Below, piece after piece: positions 41,131 through 52,606 of a DNA stretch of 64,000 nt. How positions within the stretch are numbered: position 1 is the first letter of the stretch; each line of letters begins with the position of its first letter. Location of the stretch: NCBI GenBank assembly GCA_012295275.1, contig CM022670.1, positions 32,674,001 to 32,738,000 on the forward strand, given 5' to 3'. The notes under the pieces were generated by a model. The model was not told where the DNA came from, did not search any database, and saw only the letters and a list, made by a program, of their open reading frames with translations. Both the position numbers and the translations under genes were made by a program. The DNA is from Chrysomallon squamiferum. Taxonomy: Eukaryota; Animalia; Mollusca.

Positions 41131-43081
41131 ATGTCTCACCATACTACAAGACAATGTGCAAACTACAAACAGGTAGGCATTTTTGGAAGTGTGTGTGTGT
41201 GTGTTTTAATAGTTACATTTGTACATATTTAGAATAATGTTCAGTTAAAATTCAGAAATAAGTATTAGTAGATATAAACGTTAACAATGAATTATTTAAT
41301 AAAAATACTATATGCATTTAAAAACAAATAATGATAATTTTAAAAGTTAAGAATTAGACAAAAAGTATTAGTAGACAGTGGCGTTCAGAGGTCTAGTCAT
41401 GCCCGGGGCCAACTCCTTGATTGTATGCCCAAAGACACAAGTATAAGTCCTAGTACTGAGAAATATCACGAGAAAGGAAGATGCTTTGAATATTTAAGTA
41501 TAGATGAAACATAAAATAAACACTTTATTCAATTTAAATATAAATCAATCAATTTTATCAAGTTCTTTTCTCTGATTGGATTTCCCCCACCGCCCCTTCG
41601 ACATCCCCTCTGCACGCCACTGTTACATCGTTAACAACGAACTATTTAATAAAAAATAATTATATATGCATTTAAAAAAAAAAAAAAAAAAAAAAAGAAT
41701 TGAGATTCATGTTCAAATTGTATAACTTGATGCCCATATCGTATTTATATATCAACAGTTATTTTCTTGTGGCTGGCCAAGAGGAAAGCGTCGTAAACGG
41801 AAAAAGCGTGAAAAGGTAAGAACAGCTTAATTGTTTCTAAAATTTGTCAGACGTACAAAATAGACATCTTTACAGTCATTAAGAAAAAAAGAAGTTGCAA
41901 ATTAAGCTCTCGTTTATTTTAATAAATTGATATTTTTATTTCACTATTCTAGGAAGGTTCTCAATCTGGTAGCTTCAGCGATTCTGATTTTATAGATTTT
42001 TCCATCGATACCGATGAGGGTCCACATAGTAGATATTCATTTGATGTCTTTGCAAACAAAGACTCTTCAATCCTGTCTCGCATCAACCTGCTACCGACAG
42101 ACAGCAGCAATCTGTCGTCGTCAATTCAGAAAAGCATCCTACTAGGTATGTCTAACCACGTATCTCCATTTGTCTATCAGCTTGCATTAATTGTACTTAC
42201 TACTACGTCACTGGTCATGGGCACGAAGATGATTTCAGTTAATGACTTGAGTTAACTAGCGTAAACTGTTTTAGTCTCTAGCCGAGCTCAGACTTAATTA
42301 GTCAGTAGTAATTTGTAAAATAACGCTGAAAATTAAGTTATTATTCTTTATGATTACAGTTCATTAATTAGTGCTTTTATCAGAGTTGAAAGTAATAAAT
42401 CAAAATAAAATGATATAAAGTAGTTGAGTATAGCTCAGTGATTAGTTGCAAGTTCCACTCTCCTCAGTTAGTTGATTTTGGATATTTTCGATTCCAGACT
42501 TTGCTTCACAACTTGTTTATTGGTTTTCCTCTCTGTGCAAAATTGAAAATCTTCTAAAAGTGATAAGAATAGCACAGCTGTGGGTTTCAGTGCATATTTA
42601 AAAAAACAATAATAATCAAATAAAAAAGTTAATCATTAACATTCAAATGTATTTGAACATAATAATCTGAAATGTTTTTAAGCATGAATTCAAGCATTTA
42701 TTTACAACTACAACATCTTTATTGTTGACACCTAATAATAATCATTAAATATATTTTGACGAATCATGTAATAAATATTCATGCATATCTTTATGAATAT
42801 TCATTCTGTAGATATACTATTGGAATCAGTAAAAAAACCATATGGTGAACAAATCTTATTGCAAAAATTATTCTCTATGTTTAATATCCATAATTATTTT
42901 TAGGTAAATAAGCATGATTCAGAGATGATTATGTGTAGTCTATTACAGCTCATTTTCATATTTTTCATATAAAATTTAAATATTCACTAAAAATATATTA
43001 ATTTTCATTTCAGTCAGTGTGCCTGAATCAAGCTCAAACCTCACTGACAAAACACCTGATAATTGTGCACAATGTAGCTAA
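41131..43081 (+). CDS. Small 4-exon gene, 119 aa, uncharacterised. Exons 41131-41172, 41759-41815, 41953-42145, 43014-43081
   Basis: Splice sites CAG|GTAGGC, AACAG|, AAG|GTAAG, TTCTAG|, TAG|GTATGT and TTTCAG| join in frame to MSHHTTRQCANYKQLFSCGWPRGKRRKRKKREKEGSQSGSFSDSDFIDFSIDTDEG...DNCAQCS*. AATAAA at 43132 is followed by GU-rich sequence. Confidence 0.7.
41376..41622. mobile_element. hAT-like MITE (247 bp) in intron 1 of the 119-aa gene
   Basis: TIRs CAGTGGCGTTCAGAGG / CCTCTGCACGCCACTG (15 of 16 match). Confidence 0.75.
42425..42705 (+). mobile_element. Possible highly decayed tRNA-derived SINE
   Basis: A-box-like TAGCTCAGTG at 42431. Downstream segments (TTGGATATTTTCGATTCCAG, GTGGGTTTC, AAATGTTTTTAAGCATG) resemble my recollection of gastropod SINE bodies; no clear B box. 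Confidence 0.3.
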
Positions 43082-44905
43082 TGCTCAACAGTTTATGACA
43101 CTGGTTTTTTTTACTCACAATCAACGTAAAAAATAAACAGTATATTCACCTTGTGTACATTATTTTTTGTGTGGAAAATCACTTTATTATGGGATCTAGA
43201 AAATTACATATCCAGTATACATCTTTTTTCATTTAAATGCCAAAACTTAGATTTAGATCTACAATGAGGCAAAATTGTTTTTGAATACTGCTGGTGATTC
43301 ATATGGGAATGCAGTTGTTATATTTTTACCATAGTTATTGTAACTAAATAATTCTAGATTTGGATATCCTTATACAGATACTAATTATCAGATCAGTTAC
43401 TAAATGTAATTTGACTATGTAAGAATTTTTATACCCTTCAGGTTAAATTATATTCGTTTAATACATTTAATTTAAGTACTTCATATTTGTATTTATTAAA
43501 CAGAAAAACCATGCATTTATCCATTTAACAGTCCATAACCATGCCAATATATTAGCCTCAATAGTTAATATAGAATCTTTTTTAATTTTATTTTTTATTT
43601 TATATATATATTTTTTTTTTTTGGAAAGAGAATAATAAGAAATAAAAATAATTAGTTTTTAGTTCACCATAACATTTCAAAACATTTTATATGTTTACAT
43701 ATATTTTATTATTATATGCACTATATATTAATTACATTGCATATGATATTTTGAAACAGTATTGGAAATGTACAAAGCTTTTTAAACAGTGTTATCTTAT
43801 GTTTGCAATCATTTGTATGTTGAGAAATCTGTGTTACAATGAACTGTAACACTGGAAACCTTGTGACTTTTTATTATTTATTAAAATTGTTTATAGTAGT
43901 ATCATAAGCAACATTATAGAAACAAAATTTAGAACTGAAAAATTCATTAAAGAAAACCTTTATCAAAGAATTTCAATTAACTTTCACTTTTCTTTTCTCC
44001 TAGACATTTACTTCTAAATAACTAAACATTCTTAGCAGTTTATAAATTTACCATTTTTAAAATTATTGTTAAATTTTTATTTTCCCCTTAGATTCAATGT
44101 CATTTTATAAAACATAGGTCAACTTAATGGAAAATAATTTTAATATACAGCAGTAATAACTATACTGAAAATATTCTGGATTTAAATTTATTATAAACAA
44201 GTTTCCAGGCTTGAATTATCTTTGAATTTGCACATATACTGTGTCTGAGTATGCTAGATTACTGTTAGAACTGTGTATTGTGAATGTTATGACATGTTAG
44301 AAGAATAGAATTTGGTGCAATTGTCTGTACATAATAAGATAGTTTTTATAAACGAGGAGGCCAGATGTTTATATATTTTAAATTTGCCTTTCATTTATTG
44401 TATATGTGTTTACTAAAATCATTTTTTATAAATAATTTTGTTTTTAAGTACTTGTCAAAGCCAGATATTATTTTTAAGTTATATCTGCCTACAGAATTAA
44501 TGAACATAAATGAGTTTTATGATTTTTAATTTATTGTACATAATAGTTTATTATTACATCTTTGATATATTGTATATATTTCATTTATTCATGAAATAAT
44601 AATACTAATAGTTATATTTTTGTAATTATTTAACCAATTATAAACTTTAATTAAGAAGTAAAGTCATTCATTTAACACATTTTTTTTTTATTAAAAAGGA
44701 CACTGTCTAAGATTTGTCTAACATTTTTGTAAATATAGTTAATAAAAATTGAAAAATGTATTCTGTTTTTCTATTTCATCTGTAATTTCATAAACACAAA
44801 AGAAATTAAGCAGAACTGAAGCAAAATAAAAACAATCAGATTTTAACCAAAATCTTAATTAACCACTTTGGTTTTTTTTTTTTTTTTTTTTTTTTTTGGT
44901 GTATG

Positions 44906-45254
44906 CAGTGTTCAAATTTGTCTGGTTGTCCTTGCTGAACTTATTTGACAGACAACTTCTAGACAATGGTAGCCCCTTGGACAAACTTTAAAAATTGCTA
45001 ATGAGTAATCAATCACCAATTATAGGTTATTGAAAAATCACTCAATAAGAAAAAGAGAGACAAAACAAAGCATAAAACATCTGGTTAACAGTCAACCTCT
45101 TTTGTTCAGGTTTGGTACATAACATGTACTTGGATTATTCTATTTTCCATGCACAAATGTAACTAATGGCAACCTAATCTGAAGGACAACCTAAAAAAAA
45201 AAAGCCCATGGTTGTGCTCTGGTCAGCCAGACAAATCCTTAAAATTGATCACAG
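44906..45254. mobile_element. Degenerate hAT-like MITE
   Basis: Left CAGTGTTCAAATTTGTCTGGTTGTCC versus reverse complement of right end CTGTGATCAATTTT...ATTTGTCTGGCTGACC. Confidence 0.45.
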
Positions 45255-45718
45255 TGCATACAGAATATACATCTGCATCTCTGATACAAACATATCTGTG
45301 TTTGTACTAATCTTTCCTGCAGATCTTCATTTCTTATTAAATATTTTCAGTATACTAATGTATGTGAATGTAAAATTGCAGTCGGAATTTCATTTAAACA
45401 ATTATTATCATTAAAGTGCATTTTACACAACAGTGCTAACAAAATCATTCTTTTAGAATCATCAGAGTTATTATTAATTTTTTCATAATCTAAATGTTTT
45501 TAGCAGTTTATAAAATTAATGAAAAAATACAACAAAAGTTTACAAATTATGAACCAACCTTTTTATTATGTAAATATTTGTCTCAGAACCAGTCCATATA
45601 AAACATTATTACAAAATAATGTTATAAAATTTAATATCAGATTAAAAAAAAAAAGTATAAATAACAGTTTAGTTGTTGTTTTTAACTCTCTCTCTTTATA
45701 ACTGAAATAGGTTTGTAT

Positions 45719-46909
45719 CTACATTCTTAACACAGAACATTCAGTCTTCTTTAAAGGAAGGTAGGCTTTAACAATTGTTAAACATTGTCCAATAACCTAA
45801 AAAACAAAAGAAATCAAAACAAATATGTATCTGTTGCAGATATCTTACAAATGTTACCTAAAAACTATTAGTAAAATGTACATTTGTAAGTGTATGTATC
45901 TAAAACACTAAAGCAGCAAAAGATGAATTTTGAACTATGTCTGTGTAACTGAAGAATATAATTAATTTTAAATACTTTAAGGGAAAAGAGGAAAGAAAAT
46001 GGTGTTTTGTTTCATTTGAAATGTGTTTGAAGAATACCCAACACGTTATGTCTAGAAAATTTCTACTTGTCATTCCAAATCACTTGCTCTTGACTAATCA
46101 TAAGAAGCTGAAATGTGTGAAGAAGAATTGTATAAGAAAAGTTAAGAACTGAGAAACAAAAATTCTTATCCTTATGATTTCTCAGTACAGTGTTATCTAT
46201 TTAATAATTTAGTAACATTAATGTGACATTAATTTTAGCATGTAAAATTGATTTTTTTACATGCTAAAAAACCCATATTATTCACATTTTAAGAAATAAC
46301 AAAAGAAGGATGCAACTTGAGAACATTCCATTAACAGCACTATCTCCATATATTACAAGTTACTGTTAAATTTCAAGTAAGGAAACATCAAACCTTTCTG
46401 GTATTCTGAGGTAGTATAACACCATCATCTAACACTCTGGGTGATGTAAATGTGGTTGACATTTCCAGTGTATATTTTTCTGTCAGTTTATTCTGTAGAG
46501 TCACTGCTTCTTCTGTAGAGTTAGTTCCAAGTTTCTCCTACAAGTGAAAAGATAAACATTCCTCTCAAAACTTCATGGTTTTAATTACTTCTTGTTTTAG
46601 TAGATTCCTTTAAAAAAGGACTCTCATTTTCACTTGCACACTAAACCATAAAAAATAAAATTGAGTAACATGTATCTTAGACTAAATTAGTGCATTATAT
46701 ATACATTATATATATCTCAATTTTAAATGGCTAATTTCATATTAAAATGTAGGTAGAAAATTATAAAAATAAAACAATCTACAATACCATATAAAATAAA
46801 GATATAAACTGACCTGAACAGCCAAATTTGCCAATTCTTCTGGTTCCATTAATCCAGTAACAGCGTTAGGCCAAGTGAACAAAAAATTTGGATTCACAGC
46901 TCGTCCACC

Positions 46910-46955
<46 letters not shown>

Positions 46956-49900
46956 AATGAAATTAAATTTGTTTGATAAAGAAAGTATTTTAAAAAATTA
47001 AATAAATAAATACATAAAAAAAAAAAAAAAAAGATAATCAAAATAAACAAAGAAAGAAAGAAGAACTAACTAATAATTATACATGCGAAGAAACAAATGA
47101 GTTGAAAGTTGAAAATCATACTTGAAAATCATAATCTGTTATGAATTAATCTCAGGTCAATTTTAAATACTACATCAATAACATTTGATACTATAAGAAA
47201 CTTTAAGAACTGAGAAAAAAAAACTCTCATCCTTATGTTTTCTCAGTATAGTGTTATCTATTTAATAATTTTAGTAACATATACCATGACGTAGTGAGTA
47301 TATCCAAGTCCATTTGCTACAACGACTGTGATCTTTGGAACTGCAGCACAGCTTACAGCTGACAACATCGCTGCTTGTGCCTTTAGTTGTTGGCCCAGTA
47401 ATACAGCTAAAAAACAATATCACAGTTTTGTGTTTTTAGATTAATTTCACCATGAATGTGGATTTAAATAGATTGATAATTGGTATAATGTATTTCAACA
47501 TGGGACCATATTTATAGCTTTATTTTCTAAATAATGATAGGATAATGAATACGTGTAAAAGAACTGATTATATTTAATGATATTAAAACAACAAAAACAT
47601 TAATAACATAACAATATTAATAACAGTAAAATAACAATAGTTATGGTATCTCTAATAAATAAACAAAGAATATCTAACCATAAACAAAAATAAAATAATT
47701 AAAGTATATGACTATCTATGATATTAGTTATAAATTGTGATGAAATATTATTATTATTATTAATTTTTTTAAATGGATATATAACTTTTCAAAGTTCCTA
47801 ACTTTATTTTCATGCTTAAAAAAGATTAAGTTTATATCAATTAATCAGATATCTTATTGGTAGATTATCTGATACAAATTTGAAAATAGATTTAGTTATT
47901 ACTAAAAAAAAAAGATTAAAAGTTATAAAAAAAGAATAAACAATGTCAGGAAAAATAACAAAACAAGTGTCAAACAGGCTGACCTTTGTTTTGCATCTGT
48001 AAGTTCACTAGAGAATCTGGAACTGTATTTTGAAGAAATATAAGTGGAATATTTCTCTCAGAACATATCTGAACAAAGTGACATCCCTTTATTGCAGCCT
48101 TTTCAGTTAACTCCCCTTGGTTCCCAACAATCCCTACAAGATGCCTGAAAACATTCATAAATATTACTCAGTTTTTTAACAGCTTAAACACACACACACA
48201 ATATAAAAGAATTGTTCTGGAAAATAATAATTAAAAAAAAAAAAAAAAAAAATTTCTGTTGTATTTTAAACATCTGTACACCTATTTATTATGTATTTAT
48301 TTATATAAATTTTATATCAAACACACATCTACTTAAATCTTTGAAGAACATGGATTTTGAATGGATGTATATATGTATATATATTTTCAGCATTTTTAAA
48401 TGGATATAATCTTGAATTACCCACAAATATATGCAAATCCTGTCAATAAAGTTGGTCCAAAAAGTTTTTTGAATTCACGGAATTTGCTAGAATCAACCAA
48501 TCTAGCAATTACCTAAAGAAAAATAAACAAATTTAACTTTTTAACAATACTGTTGTTTAAAGAAACACACACATCTTTTTTTTTTCAATGAATATTCTTT
48601 AATCCTACATACACTAGAGTGATATTCGAAATTATCACATATTAGAAAAAAATATCATTAATTCATTAATAATTAAATCACAGCCATTTAAGTCTCATAC
48701 CTCATGCATATTCATGTGATGTTGATTTTCTAGTGGAATTAGTCCTGGTAATTCTTCGGGGTCATAATGAGGATCAACTGGGGGGAGAGTAGGGTGTGGT
48801 GGAGCAGGCAAATTCAGACAGGTCACTATGTCTCGAGTGATTTCAAATGCTTCTTTTTCTGTCTCAGCAAAGTAATCAGTACATCCACTAACACTAGAAC
48901 AAATAAATAAATAATTAATCAAATGAAATGAAATTAAATAATAAAAAATAGATAAATATACAAATAAACACACATAAACAAGAAAACAAATAAATAAACA
49001 AGCAAATAAAACACAAAACACTGTATTATTAATTCCTTCATTTCTTTTAACTGACAGTTAATTAAATTATTTTGAGATTATACCTAATAGAAATAAAACA
49101 TTCTGTAGATTTTTAAATAATAAAAATTTCAAATGTAAAATAGTAACTCTTTTTAAGGATAAAAATGGAAAGGTATTTTAAGTTATACAACTTTGTAACA
49201 CTGCAAAAAATATACAAAATGTTTAGAAAGATTTTTATGAAAATATAAATTCACCACTTAGAAACAAACAGTATTAAAATTTTTAAAAAAAAAAAAAAAT
49301 TAAATAAATAAATAAAAATAAAAGATAATAATGAAATAACTGGACAAAAAACTTTAATACTTTAAAAATGATGTTACCAAATCAGAAGTACATACAAGTC
49401 CTGCTGGGTGCAGTGTTTATCAGATCATACACATAATGCTAAGCCCTGTTAAGAAAGTTTTTTTTACCTACAATGGAGTGTTGCTCCTCCTAATTCTTCT
49501 GCTGTTACAACTTCTCCTGTTGCTGCCTGAACTAAAGGAGGGCCTCCAAGAAAAATAGTTCCAGATTTGTGTATAATAACAGCTTCATCTGCCATTGTGG
49601 GAACATATGCACCTCCAGCTGTGCAGCTTCCACAAACAACAGCTACCTTTGCGTGTATTAATATACAAATAATAACATTTAATATAAAACAATTTTATTA
49701 TTGACACTGTAAATAAGAATTAAAATAAATTAAATTAATAAATTGTAATAGGTAATTTGTTTTCAATTTTTCTGAAGAAACCTTACTAGTAAAATTATCA
49801 AAATAAATATCTAAATTTCTAAATATATACATTTTGAAGAGACTATGATATCATTTTTAAGTGTTTAAAAAAATTATATATTATTTGTATCAACTTGCTG

Positions 49901-51521
49901 AATTGGAACAGAATAACTATATTTTTTTTTGATATATACAATATTTAGTATTTCATTTAAATTATAAACTTTTATTAATGATAATTAATAAAAAGATTAA
50001 AAAACTGAAACTATTGCTTAAATATTCTACTTACATTAATTATTTATTAATATTATTAATTAAATAATTATGTTATAGTAAAGTCAATTAATGAACATAG
50101 AAAATACCTGAGGTATCTGCAAAGCTCCCATAACTGCTTCATTATAGAATGTCTGACCACCAGGGTTGAAAATCTCTGACTAAAATCAAAATGATATCAA
50201 GCATTATTAAACCTAAATAAGAAAAATATTTTTACAACAAAAATGCAGGGCACATGAGCAGTTATGTGTGGTGAGTCACAGAATATGTTCTGTTAAGTGA
50301 TCTAGGAGTCATTTTTATTTAAACCAGTGTTTCATGTATACTTGCTTTTCTGATAAAAGGTCTCTTCCCAGTAATCATTAACAGTAGCTTAACATGTAAT
50401 AAACACAAAGAATCTTCTTTAAAAAAAATCTAATTAACAGTTATGACATGCTGAATTAGTGTTAAATAAATATTTATTTATTCAGTACAAAGACACAATA
50501 TAAAAAATAAAAAAAATGATTATACAATAAAGATTTTTATTGTTTTTAAATGTCATTAAATGTTATATTTCATATAACTTCAACAAATAACAGTTACCAC
50601 AAACTCTCACTTGCAAAGGTAGAAAAGCACCTCCTGAATCAACTAAATAAATACATGGAAGATGATTTTGTAACGCAATTTCTTGAGCTCTCAGCTGTTT
50701 CTTTAGAGTGATGGGGTAGACAGAGCCACCCTTAACAGTAGCATCATTTGCAACTACAAGGCAGTATCTTCCAACAATTTTACCAATGCCTGAAAAAGAA
50801 ATAAAAAATTAATTAAAAACTGATATAGAAGAAAAGTATGCAGAACCATTGTTTTAGTTTATCAATTTATTGCTCTGTCCTTAAAACTAATAATAACGCA
50901 TTAAAAAAAATGTAGATTTAAGAAATAATGATATAAATAATAAATACAATAATTTAAAAATACTGTTGTACCTATGGTTTAACCTTCTGTTTTTCCCTTT
51001 TTGAAATGAATAACAGAGTATAAGAATAAACCAGTGTATAAAAATAGATAACATTTAGTATATATACATTTGCATGTGGTTGTCTGTGTGTATAGTTTTA
51101 AACATGTCTATGCTTTAACTTAACCTATAACAAGTCCTGCTCTGGCTATGTCACCATATTCCATGCCCAATCCAGCAACAGGTGATAATTCCAGAAAATC
51201 ATCTGTGCTGTCATCAAATAAAAGATTTATCCTGTCTTGGACAAGCAATTTTTTATTTCTTTTGGTGTGTCTTTCAATTGCCTTATCACCTCCACCTGCA
51301 AATGACTTCTGCAGCATCTGCACATACACATTTTCTCTATGTTTGGAGGCTTCATAATTTTCTATAAATTGTTTAGAATTTTTGTCTATTTGAGATTGTA
51401 TGATGGGGAAAGGAATGTTAGTTTTTCTTTTATATGTTATATCTTCCCCATTCTGAGCTGTGCACAGAGAAGAGACAAAAACTGATCGTTTTCCTAGGAT
51501 GCCAATTCCTTTAAACCAACC
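45719..51521 (-). CDS. MCCC2: Methylcrotonoyl-CoA carboxylase beta-chain-like carboxyltransferase (divergent MCCC2 paralogue), ~570 aa; start unresolved. Exons 51521-51125, 50789-50611, 50179-50108, 49646-49468, 48893-48701, 48512-48421, 48144-47984, 47406-47285, 46909-46814, 46537-46394, 45796-45719
   Basis: [102 protein letters not shown] and a C-terminal VLRM*. All junctions GT-AG and in frame. Confidence 0.88.
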
Positions 51522-51649
51522 CTATCTGTAAAGATCGCATGTCAACTGTCGACAGACATCAACAGAAAGGCAGTGAGACAGAACAATAATTAACGTGTTA
51601 ATCTGAACGAGCTGTTGTGAAGCATAATAGACATCAACATCTAACCATG

Positions 51650-52594
51650 TCAAATATACTAAAAGCAGGAACCATGGTCAAAGTTCAACTATAATAAAAG
51701 GGTGATAACTCTTTTTTGAAAACAAAATTAATAATTGTTTTTGTGTGAACCAAAAGTTACGAAATTATTGATAAACGTAATATTTTCTGATATTCGTTAA
51801 ACAATTTCTAATGATAAAAATACTAAAATGTTTTTAAATAATTACGTTTGTTAAATATACGTATATGTTCATCCTGGATCTATTGTTCTTATAATTTCGT
51901 TTCGGGCGCATATAAAATACAAAAATTTCTAAAAAATATGGCTGTCGTAGTACTACAACATTTTGTAATTTGTTGAAAACGATCAAATTAAGGACGTACC
52001 GCATAGCTTCAGATATAATTACACTTTTATATAGCATTTTATTCATAGGTAATGTGTTTGATTTTGGTTTTTGAAGTATGTGAATCATTTATCGTTCGAA
52101 TGTCACTGGTTTATAGTTTAGTGTTTATTTTATGTTTAGAAAATTCAGCATTTCATTTGCAGTAAATTGAGTCATTTGATTTTTCTTGATTTTGGCATTG
52201 GCTGATTTATATCTAAAAACTCATTTGCATTCATCATTTCGTTTAAACGAAGAATTTGAATATATTAATTTAGGTATTAGAAAATTAATTAAAAATAAAT
52301 ACTTCAGAGAGAAAGTAGGAAAATATTTTATAATTAGTTTAATGACTGTCACTGTCATTGTGATTTACATTATCTCAGATTCAGGACGAATCATTGAATC
52401 AGTCATACAATGATACATAATCATTTTTGAAATTAGATTTACAGATTTATATTTTTGCACTTTGTCCAGTAATAATGATGGTGATGATAAATAAAACACT
52501 ACCAACAAGCATCAGTATAGTTCAAAGATATTGTTAACATTACACATTATTATTCTATTTTTTATCAGTAATTAATAATATTTTTATTATCTAG
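51650..52594. promoter_or_regulatory. Probable bidirectional promoter region (MCCC2-like / DMAP1)
   Basis: Head-to-head genes ~1 kb apart; local CpG enrichment at ~51770-52100; acceptor CTAG at 52594 just before the DMAP1 ATG implies an upstream non-coding exon. Confidence 0.5.
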
Positions 52595-52606
52595 TTAAAA
52601 AGAGCA

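Noticed and set aside
46131-46218. H/ACA snoRNA interpretation of the duplicated intronic hairpin
   Set aside because: The second copy lacks the ACA box and abuts the donor site, leaving no room for a 5' hairpin.
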